From an uncultured Chloroflexia bacterium (GTDB lineage: Bacteria; Chloroflexota; Anaerolineae; Anaerolineales; UBA4823), in contig CAVYQO010000010.1 of NCBI GenBank assembly GCA_963770655.1, positions 58,651-122,650 on the forward strand: a stretch of 64,000 nucleotides of DNA, read 5' to 3'. Position 1 is the stretch's first letter. Every line of letters starts with the position of its first letter. Below are positions 38,849 to 46,774 of this stretch, in pieces. The notes under the pieces are model-generated. The model worked only from the letters and a program-made list of their open reading frames with translations, made no database searches and was not told the DNA's origin. A program made the translations under genes and the position numbers.

Positions 38849-39601
38849 ATGAGTAGCACTACGAATATTTCTGATATCCAAGCCATTTTTTTAGATGTTG
38901 GCAACACGCTGCGGATCGTCGTCAGAGATGAAGGCTTTATGGCCAATTCAAAACGGCAGATGGTGAAGCTGACCGGGGCGCAGATGCCCCCCGAAGATTT
39001 TTTTGATTTTCTCGAAGCCCGCTACCAGGTTCTGCGCAAGCGGGCCAAACAGCAGTTGATCGAGGCTTCCGAGTTGGAGATGTGGACCCAGTGGATGCTT
39101 CCGGATTTTCCCGTTGATAAAGTCGCCCCATTCTCTGGAAAGCTGACCCGCCTGTGGCGTGATTGCGATGGCCGCCGGGTGCCGCGACCCGATGTTTGCA
39201 AAGTGGTCCTTGAGCTGAGCGACCGCGGCTACCTGTTGGGGATTATCGCCAATACCATCACGGAAACCGAGATCCCTGACTGGCTGGAAGCGGATCATCT
39301 GACGGATTATTTTAAGACAGTTGTCCTTTCATCGAAACTCGGTATCAGAAAACCGAACCCGGAGATTTACTGGGAATCGGCACGCCGGATTGGCGTGGAT
39401 CCGACAAAATGCGTTTACGTTGGCGATAACCTGGTCCGCGATGTGGAGGGCACCCAGGCGGCTGGTTTTGGCATGTCGATTATTCTATTAGAACCGGATA
39501 CCCTTAAAAAGGAGCCGCCAAGGGAAGATGTAAAACCCGACCGGATCATTTATGAGCTGAGCGAGCTCCTGGACATTTTCCCGCCCCGGCCACAAGTGTG
39601 A
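38849..39601 (+). CDS. HAD-superfamily hydrolase (motif I DVGNT, no Asp at +2)
   Basis: The ATG at 38849 follows GGTAGGAGG. Motifs IFLDVGNTL, IIANT, SSKLGIRKPNPEIY, VGDNLVRDVEG. Confidence 0.8.
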   Translation: MSSTTNISDIQAIFLDVGNTLRIVVRDEGFMANSKRQMVKLTGAQMPPEDFFDFLEARYQVLRKRAKQQLIEASELEMWTQWMLPDFPVDKVAPFSGKLTRLWRDCDGRRVPRPDVCKVVLELSDRGYLLGIIANTITETEIPDWLEADHLTDYFKTVVLSSKLGIRKPNPEIYWESARRIGVDPTKCVYVGDNLVRDVEGTQAAGFGMSIILLEPDTLKKEPPREDVKPDRIIYELSELLDIFPPRPQV

Positions 39602-41218
39602 CAGTGATCTCGATCGTCAACGCTCATCGGGCGCGAACTGGTACCGCAATCGCCGAGACTGTCCGGGCGATGTACCACGAAGGGGGTACGGATTACTCGC
39701 TTGAACCCATTGTCGTTGCCTCACCCCAAGGAAAACCGATCGGCCGGATTAAAGACGGCGATGCTGTTGTTTTTTGCTGCCGGCGCGGTGAGCGTGAGAT
39801 TCAACTCACAGAGGCATTCGCCGACCCAAATTTCGAGCACTTCCCGCGGGCCGATTTTCACCAGCTTGATTTTGTCATCCTGACCCTCTACCACGACAAG
39901 TTCAAAGACCTACCGGTAGCTTTTGCGCCAGCTAAGGTCAACGACACCCTGGGCGAAATCGTTAGCCGCGCCGGTCTCCGCCAGGCGCGCATCGCCGAGT
40001 CTGAGAAGTTCGCCCATGTCACCTTCTTTTTCAACGGCGGTAACAACCAGCCCTTCCCCGGCGAGGAGGGATATAGATATCCCATCCCCCAAAGGCATTC
40101 CTTATGACCAGGTTCCTGAGCTTAGCCTGGCGCAGGTAACTGAACAGGTTCGCAATGCAATGGATAAGCACTTCGACCTGATCGTGGTTAACTTTGCTAA
40201 TGGCGACGTCATCGGGCACACCTCAAATAGGGAGGCCAAGATCAAATGCGCTGAGGCAGTGGATGAGAATCTTGGAAAGGTCGTCCAGGCTGCCCGCGCC
40301 GCTGGCTATGTCGTTCTGGTTACTGCTGACCATGGAAACCTTGAAGAATTGACCACTGCGGAAGGATCGCCGCATGTCTCCCATACGACCAATCAGGTGC
40401 CGTTCATCTTGATTGATCCGCTCCAGGGTCCTCCCTTCTCTGTGCAGAACGGCAGCCTGGCCGACATCGCTCCAACGGTGCTCGCTGCGCTGCAGCTTGA
40501 ACAGCCGCTGTCCATGATTGGCAACAATCTGGCTCCCGGTCACGATTGGGGAGATAGGCGCCGCGTCCTGCTCGTGATCCTCGATGGTTGGGGGCTCGGC
40601 CGCCAGGATGTTACGAATCCGATCTTCATCGCCCATACCCCGGTGTGGGATGATCTGCTGGCCCAGGCTCCCAACTCTCAACTGATTGCCGCAGGCGAGG
40701 CAGTAGGCTTGAAATCGGGCAAGGCTGGTAATTCCGAAGCCGGGCATATGAACATCGGCGCCGGTCGCGTTGTTCTCCAGGATGATGTGCGCCTGGATCA
40801 GGCAATGCAGGATGGTTCGTTTTATTCAAACGAGATCCTGTGCGGCGTAAGCGAAGGCGTCCGCCAGCGAAAAACAAACCTGCACCTGATTGGGCTGCTT
40901 ACCGAAAAAAGCTCCCACGGCTCGATCGAGTATCCGCTGGCGTTATTGCGCATTGCTAAGAAAGCTGGATTAAAGGATGTGTATCTACATCTGATTTTCG
41001 ATGGACGGAGCACCGAGCCGGGTAGCGCACCGCTGCTGCTGGAAACGCTGGAGGAACAGCTAGATGCAATTGGCCTGGGTCAGATTGTTTCCGGGATGGG
41101 TAGGGCGATTGCCCTCGATCGGGATGGCAATTATGCCAGGACCCGCCGCGCCTATGATGCGTTGGTATTCGGCGAGGGAAGGAAATGCGTTATAGAAGGA
41201 GTTATCCGTGATTGGTAA
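39598..41218 (+). CDS. cofactor-independent phosphoglycerate mutase homolog, circularly permuted domain order, one frameshift near 40063-40070
   Basis: First half: AESEKFAHVTFFFNGG, IPSPKGIPYD, VNFANGDVIGHTS, TADHGNLEE, SHTTNQVPFIL, LADIAPTVL. Second half: VLLVILDGWG, GKAGNSEAGHMNIGAGR, LIGLLTEKSSHGS, IFDGRSTEP, GRAIALDRDGNY..YDALVFGEG. The start GTG overlaps the upstream stop (GTGTGA). Confidence 0.75.
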
Positions 41219-41257
41219 ATGCGACATCTGGCGCCTGAACATATCGGCGTTTTGGGC

Positions 41258-41303
41258 AAAATAAATGAATCGGAGAGATCGTCATGGCAGCCAATGAGTT
41301 TGG
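41258..41303 (+). promoter_or_regulatory. conserved leader element, copy 1
   Basis: AAATAAATGAATCGGAGAGATCGTCATGGCAGCCAATGAGTTTGG. It matches 42583-42625 at about 80 percent or better, with one 2-nt gap. Confidence 0.55.
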
Positions 41304-41348
41304 TTTGGTAGGGGATGTTGCCCGGCGTTCGAGTACGAAAGGGAAACG

Positions 41349-42551
41349 ATGACGGACACAATCTTGCTGAACAACCCAGAAGCCTTTTCGGAGGCGCTGT
41401 ACGAAAAGATGAAGTCGATCACTACTGGGATCGAGGAGCTTGAGCTTTACGAATTTCGTTACGGGCTGACTGACTTGCTTCCCGACCAGGGTTGGGAAGC
41501 CATAAGACTGGATCCCCAGGTAGAAATCGAAGCGCGGGTAAATCGGCGTGAATTCTATGACGGAATTCAGCTCAAGCCGAGGCTCAATGGGAGGATCGTC
41601 TTGGATCCTGAGATTGTCCGCTTGACACAGATGCTCTTCGTTGGATTGGTCAAAGGGGAATATGCCCCAGACTGGATCAGGACGCATTTTTATTTTGATA
41701 TCCGGGGATTTTATTTCCTACACCGTACGAATTATTTTACGGAGCGAGTGCTTGCACATTTTGGCGGCGAGCCGTATTTAAGCTTTGAGCGTAAGCAAAT
41801 CGAGTTCGAGCGAGTGCAGGATCTCGGTTATAAAGCCTTCAGGGAAGCCAACCTCGCCGTGGATGTGTTTTTCATTGAGAGTGTATTGAAACTCATGGGC
41901 GGATATACAGGTACGCCCCTACTCATTGCCATCGCCGGGCCAACTGCCGCTGGAAAGACCGAGATCGTTGAGCGCTTGAGCGCTGCAATCGTTCAATCAG
42001 GCAGGAAAGTCGCCTCGATTGAGTTGGACAATTTCCTGACAGACCGGGACTACCGTGAGGAGCAGGGTATCAACTCACAGGGTAAGGCAGCCTTACATTT
42101 CGAGCTCATGAAACAGGCTCTGGAAGACATTACCTGCGGAAAGAGGATCACCATCCCACGCTACGATTTTGTTTATGCCACTTCCAGCCACGACCTGGCC
42201 GGGCATTTGAAAGCCGATGGCGTACCGATAGAAATCGAGCCTGCTGACATTGTTTTCATCGAAGGGAATTTCCCTTTCTTGCTCAAGGAGATCGTCCACC
42301 TGATCGGGATTAAGGTTGTGTATCTCACCGATGATCCCATCCGGATGAAGCGAAAATGGAAACGCGATATCGACTATCGCAAGAAATATGATCCGACGTA
42401 TTTCCGCAACCGCTATTTCAAAGACCAGTTCATCATGGCCCAAATCGCTTATCACCCCCAGATGGAAGTCTGCGATATGATCATCGATACGACCGGCGCA
42501 GCAGTCTGGTTAGTCCCCGAATTCAGGAAGTTAGTGGTGAGTGGGGAGTGA
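41349..42551 (+). CDS. Udk/PRK-family P-loop kinase with an unassigned N-terminal domain of about 190 aa (paralog 1)
   Basis: C-terminal half: LLIAIAGPTAAGKTEIVERL, IELDNF, IPRYDF, IVFIEGNFPF, and RKWKRDIDYRKKYDP, which is shared with paralog 2 and not a motif I recognise from Udk/PRK enzymes. The N-terminal half has no motif I recognise. Confidence 0.7.
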   Translation: MTDTILLNNPEAFSEALYEKMKSITTGIEELELYEFRYGLTDLLPDQGWEAIRLDPQVEIEARVNRREFYDGIQLKPRLNGRIVLDPEIVRLTQMLFVGLVKGEYAPDWIRTHFYFDIRGFYFLHRTNYFTERVLAHFGGEPYLSFERKQIEFERVQDLGYKAFREANLAVDVFFIESVLKLMGGYTGTPLLIAIAGPTAAGKTEIVERLSAAIVQSGRKVASIELDNFLTDRDYREEQGINSQGKAALHFELMKQALEDITCGKRITIPRYDFVYATSSHDLAGHLKADGVPIEIEPADIVFIEGNFPFLLKEIVHLIGIKVVYLTDDPIRMKRKWKRDIDYRKKYDPTYFRNRYFKDQFIMAQIAYHPQMEVCDMIIDTTGAAVWLVPEFRKLVVSGE

Positions 42552-42582
42552 TTTATGATTAAGGGATTAGGCGCTTAGGGCT

Positions 42583-42625
42583 AAATAGATGAATTGGAGA
42601 TATCGTCCGCAGCCAGTGAGCTTGG
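42583..42625 (+). promoter_or_regulatory. conserved leader element, copy 2
   Basis: AAATAGATGAATTGGAGATATCGTCCGCAGCCAGTGAGCTTGG, upstream of the second kinase paralog. Confidence 0.55.
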
Positions 42626-42677
42626 GGGGAGGCGGGCGTGCTAGCGCTGGCCAGACCGAACCAGAAAGGAAAAAACG

Positions 42678-43883
42678 ATGGCGAGCACAAACAGGCTGAA
42701 CACTCCAGAAGATTTTTCCAGGACGTTATTTGAGATCATGAAAGACTTGAATCCAGGGATCGCCGATCTGGATCTGATTGAATTCCGTTATGCGCTTGAA
42801 AATCTTCTTCCTGAGGAAGGTTGGGCAATCACCCAGGATTGCCCAACCGAAAGCGAGGAAAAGATCGCTGAGCTGATCCACAGCCGGGATTTCTATGAAA
42901 GTATCCAGCTAAAGCCTCGAGTGGGCGATAGGATCGTCCTGGATAACAAAATTGCCAGGCTGACCCAGGATCTTTTTGTCGGCCTGGCCAAAGGCGCCTA
43001 TACCACCGAATGGGTCAACGCGCACTTTTATTTCGATATCCGCGGGTTTATCTTTCTACCTCGGACGGTTTATTTTACAGACGAAGTGCTGGCCCACTTT
43101 GGGGGAAACACGCCAGGCGTCCCATACCTGAGTTTCGAGAAACGGCAAACGCGTTTGGAACGCTTTCAAGGCGTCGGTTACAAAGATTTCAGCGAGGCTA
43201 ATGCAGAGGTTGACCAGGCATTTATTGAGAGCGTTAAGAAAATCATCGCCTTTCGGGGAACGCCTATACTGATCACGCTCGCCGGACCGACAGCCGCGGG
43301 AAAAACCGAGATCACTGAACGCTTGTTTAACGAGTTCGAAATGTCGGGCAGGCGCATAACCACAATTGAGGTGGATAATTTTCTGCTCGATCGGGAAATT
43401 CGGGAAGACAAGGTAATGGGAAAAGAAACTACCCACTTTGATATCTTCGTACACTGCATCGAAGAGATCTTGCAGGGGAGGAAAGTTCTTATTCCACGAT
43501 ATGACTTCGTGAACGCCACCTCCAGTCACGATGTGAACAGCCGCTTAAGACCGGGATGCGTCCCCCTGGAGATCGAGCCGGCTGATATTATTTTCATGGA
43601 GGGCAATTTCCCTTTCCATATCGAAGAAATTGCCAGGCTGATCGGGATTAAAATTGTATATCTTAGCGATGACCCGATTCGACTCAAAAGGAAGTGGAAA
43701 CGCGATATCGACTACCGCAAGAAATATGACCCGGCCTACTTTCGCAACCGCTTTTTCCGGACGCAGTTTTTGAGAGCTGAGGATATTTATCGACCCCTCA
43801 TGCAGGTGTGTGAGATGGTTGTGGATACAACCAATGCCGCCTTGTGGGCGACAGCCGAGATCGTAAATATTATCGAAAAATGA
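42678..43883 (+). CDS. Udk/PRK-family P-loop kinase with an unassigned N-terminal domain (paralog 2)
   Basis: Colinear with 41349..42551, with more than half the residues identical by eye. Motifs ILITLAGPTAAGKTEITERL, IEVDNF, IPRYDF, IIFMEGNFPF, RKWKRDIDYRKKYDP. Confidence 0.7.
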   Translation: MASTNRLNTPEDFSRTLFEIMKDLNPGIADLDLIEFRYALENLLPEEGWAITQDCPTESEEKIAELIHSRDFYESIQLKPRVGDRIVLDNKIARLTQDLFVGLAKGAYTTEWVNAHFYFDIRGFIFLPRTVYFTDEVLAHFGGNTPGVPYLSFEKRQTRLERFQGVGYKDFSEANAEVDQAFIESVKKIIAFRGTPILITLAGPTAAGKTEITERLFNEFEMSGRRITTIEVDNFLLDREIREDKVMGKETTHFDIFVHCIEEILQGRKVLIPRYDFVNATSSHDVNSRLRPGCVPLEIEPADIIFMEGNFPFHIEEIARLIGIKIVYLSDDPIRLKRKWKRDIDYRKKYDPAYFRNRFFRTQFLRAEDIYRPLMQVCEMVVDTTNAALWATAEIVNIIEK

Positions 43884-43913
43884 TAATGATCTGAAATAGA
43901 AATGAAAGAATAC

Positions 43914-43942
43914 TTGCAATTATTTTTATTTTGTTGTATTAT
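43914..43942 (+). promoter_or_regulatory. promoter candidate P2 (RpiR-ABC-HAD... operon)
   Basis: TTGCAA, a 17-nt spacer, then TATTAT. It has the same flanking blocks as P1: GAAAGAATAC upstream and ACAAATGAAAGACA downstream. Confidence 0.55.
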
Positions 43943-44022
43943 AGACAAATGAAAGACATTTTTCAATAATGGTGTTTTTGAAAAGCGCAATCTAGCACTA
44001 TAGTCCCTACACAGGTAAAGCC

Positions 44023-44892
44023 ATGAATTCACAGGATTTCAATCAAATAATTAGTGAAAAGTATGGCCAATTCACCAAAGGTGAAAAGCAAATTGCGAAT
44101 TATCTACGCCGAAACCAGGACGAGGTCGCTTTCCTTTCCGTAGGTGAGTTTGCAGACAGGCTTGGGCTGAGCGAGGCAACCTTGGTCCGGTTTGCACGCA
44201 AGCTGGGTTTTGATAGCTACCCGGCGATGCGTGAGGCGCTGCAGGAGAATTTTCGCCGCCGGGTCGGCCATTCAGCCAGGCTGCGCAACCGCTTGGACGA
44301 TTTACGTGAAGGGGGGGATATCTTCGAAAAAGTAACCGTGGCGGAAATTGACTATCTGACCGAGGCCCTTCAAACCGTTGATCGGGCGGCTTTGGATCTT
44401 GCGGTAATAAAGATGATCGCTTGCGATCACATTTATGTCTTTGGTACGGGGCCATCCATTTCTTTGGTTCACCTCCTCAATCTTCGCCTTACCCGCTTCG
44501 GCAAACAGGTCATTCCCTTAACTTTAACCGGACGAGAAACCTTGGAGCCTTTGCTGTTGATGACCGAGCGAGATCTTTTGTTTGCTATCGGTTTTTTTGA
44601 TATTAACCCTGCCCTGCAAGTTGTTCTGGACTTTGCCAGGGAGGTGAACTGCCCGGCGATCTTGCTCACCGACACCCTGGGTTCAGTGGTTGGCGAGAAG
44701 GTGGATATTGTCCTGGCTGCCAAGCGTGGGCCGGTTTCGGCATTTCATTCTCTTGTGGTCCCGATGACGATTATTAATACACTGCTTCTGGAGATTGCTA
44801 ATAAAAATCAAGAAGTTGTAACGAACAATCTGGACACGCTGGATCAATTACGAGAACGACTTAAGAAAACGAATGGTTTAAGTAGGTCATAA
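44023..44892 (+). CDS. RpiR/MurR-family transcriptional regulator (HTH + SIS domain)
   Basis: FTKGEKQIANYLRRN...SVGEFADRLGLSEATLVRFARKLGF, followed by a SIS fold (IYVFGTGPS). Confidence 0.85.
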   Translation: MNSQDFNQIISEKYGQFTKGEKQIANYLRRNQDEVAFLSVGEFADRLGLSEATLVRFARKLGFDSYPAMREALQENFRRRVGHSARLRNRLDDLREGGDIFEKVTVAEIDYLTEALQTVDRAALDLAVIKMIACDHIYVFGTGPSISLVHLLNLRLTRFGKQVIPLTLTGRETLEPLLLMTERDLLFAIGFFDINPALQVVLDFAREVNCPAILLTDTLGSVVGEKVDIVLAAKRGPVSAFHSLVVPMTIINTLLLEIANKNQEVVTNNLDTLDQLRERLKKTNGLSRS

Positions 44893-44918
44893 GGTTCCCC
44901 GCAATCAGGAGTAGGTCG

Positions 44919-46766
44919 ATGGCAAATGCTCATGCTGTAGCGCCTCAAGCACAGCTTCCAAGATCACAGCGAATTCAAGCGTCATTCAGGCGTTTTTTCC
45001 GTTGGTTGAGCAACCCGCATGTTTTCCTGGGTCTGATCATGCTGGCGCTGATGGGTTACATGGTCATTGTCCCGCTTTACCGGATGCTGATGACCACGAT
45101 CACCTACTCTGAAAATGATCTGCGCTATGCCAGAGATGCAGTCGTTGGGGAATTCACGCCTTTCCACTGGCTGAGGATGCTGACCACCAAGATTGGGATG
45201 GTGATGACCCTCGAGCCGCTGCTGCATTCCATAACGATCTCGCTGGGCGCCACGTTCATGGCTTTCGTCATCGGCGGGTCGCTTGCCTGGCTGGTGATTC
45301 GCACGGATCTACCGGGCCGTAATCTGATCAATGTCCTGGCGGTGATCCCGTACATTATGCCATCCTGGACGATTGCGATGGCCTGGAAAGTGATGTTCAA
45401 TAACGGGACCACGGGGGGGATACCTGGGATGTTGATGTATTGGACGGGGACGCCGCCGCCGGATTGGCTGGCTTATGGCCCCATCCCGATTATCATCAGC
45501 AGCGGACTGCATTACTATACATTCTTTTATTTGTTTGTTTCGGCAGCTTTGATCTCGATTGACTCCAGCCTGGAAGAAGCCGGTGAATTAGCCGGGGCCA
45601 GCCGGGTGCGGATCCTGTCTAAGATCACTTTTCCGCTGGTCATTCCCGCTTTGCTGTCCGGTTTTATCATGACCTTTTCAAAGGTCATGGGCACGTATGG
45701 CGGCCCGAATGTGTTGGGTGTACCGGTGCGCTACTATACCGTCTCGACCATGATCCGCTCAAATATTGCGGTCGGCGCTTTCGGGGATGCCTTCGTGCTG
45801 GCGATCACCCTGATCCTTTTTTCGATGACTACGATTTATATCAATCAAAGGATTGTCGGCACCAGGAAAAGCTACGAGACGATCGGCGGACGCGGTTTCA
45901 TGGCTCAGAAAACGAAGCTTCGCGATATGAGATATATCATCGCTGCGTCGGTGATCACATTTCAAGTGCTGGTGGCAACCGGACCGCTGATCCTGCTGAC
46001 CTGGAGCACGTTGATGCTCAAATCCGGCGATTACAGCCTGAGCAATTTAAGCCTGGTGCATTGGATTGGGAAGAGCAATATCCGCATCAACAGCGGCGAA
46101 CCGGGCATTTTGCGTAACCCGGCGATTTATAGAGCGGCCTGGAATACGATCAAACTGGCCGTGATGACCGCGTTTTTCACGGCGCTGCTTGGAATTGTCC
46201 TTGGCTACTCGATTGTGAAAGGTCGCGGCACGCGCCTGGCGAGAATCACCGAACAACTTGCCTTCATCCCCTACGTAATCCCGGGGATTGCCTTCGGCGC
46301 CGTTTACATCACGATGTTTTCGAAACCGGTAGGGCCGATCCCGCCGCTCTACGGCACATTTGCGCTGCTGGTAGTTGTCTCGGTGGCCAAGCATATTCCT
46401 TATTCCTCTCGCAGCGGCGTCTCGGCCATGCTCCAGGTCGGGCGAGAGCTCGAGGAGGCTGCGGCGTTGGCCGGGGCGAATAGCTGGAGACGCTTCCGCA
46501 GGATCATCTTTCCACTCACCAGCGCTGGTTTTGTCTCCGGGTTCCTGCTGACCTTCATCACCACCATGCGGGAGCTATCCCTGATCATTTTGCTTGTCAC
46601 GCCAGCTACCGCGGTTCTCTCCAGCCTGACCATGCGCTACAGTGAGAATGGGAATGAACAGCAGGCGAATGCGGTCATTATCCTTCTGATTGCGCTTGTT
46701 CTGATCGGACAGCTTATTATCAGCCGCTTCAGCGGCGGCAGCTTGAAAAAAGGTCTTGGAGGTTAG
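44919..46766 (+). CDS. ABC importer permease, duplicated (12-TM) FbpB/ThiP-type
   Basis: Two EAA loops: LEEAGELAGASRVRILSKITFPL and LEEAAALAGANSWRRFRRIIFPL. 615 aa. Confidence 0.85.
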   Translation: MANAHAVAPQAQLPRSQRIQASFRRFFRWLSNPHVFLGLIMLALMGYMVIVPLYRMLMTTITYSENDLRYARDAVVGEFTPFHWLRMLTTKIGMVMTLEPLLHSITISLGATFMAFVIGGSLAWLVIRTDLPGRNLINVLAVIPYIMPSWTIAMAWKVMFNNGTTGGIPGMLMYWTGTPPPDWLAYGPIPIIISSGLHYYTFFYLFVSAALISIDSSLEEAGELAGASRVRILSKITFPLVIPALLSGFIMTFSKVMGTYGGPNVLGVPVRYYTVSTMIRSNIAVGAFGDAFVLAITLILFSMTTIYINQRIVGTRKSYETIGGRGFMAQKTKLRDMRYIIAASVITFQVLVATGPLILLTWSTLMLKSGDYSLSNLSLVHWIGKSNIRINSGEPGILRNPAIYRAAWNTIKLAVMTAFFTALLGIVLGYSIVKGRGTRLARITEQLAFIPYVIPGIAFGAVYITMFSKPVGPIPPLYGTFALLVVVSVAKHIPYSSRSGVSAMLQVGRELEEAAALAGANSWRRFRRIIFPLTSAGFVSGFLLTFITTMRELSLIILLVTPATAVLSSLTMRYSENGNEQQANAVIILLIALVLIGQLIISRFSGGSLKKGLGG

Positions 46767-46774
46767 GGAAACTT

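Noticed and set aside
39598-41218. Interpretation of the iPGM locus as two adjacent, independently truncated iPGM pseudogenes, or as two separate genes.
   Set aside because: The two parts are exactly complementary: together they make one complete set of motifs with no duplication beyond one helix. They are joined in frame by an 8-aa linker, and the unit is translationally coupled to the upstream gene. Misassembly remains possible and is listed as a refutation test.
41265-41297. Short uORF (MNRRDRHGSQ) in the kinase leader as a leader peptide.
   Set aside because: No SD precedes it. The equivalent ATG in the second leader opens a frame with no nearby stop that runs out of frame into the kinase gene. 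The conservation is at nucleotide level rather than peptide level.
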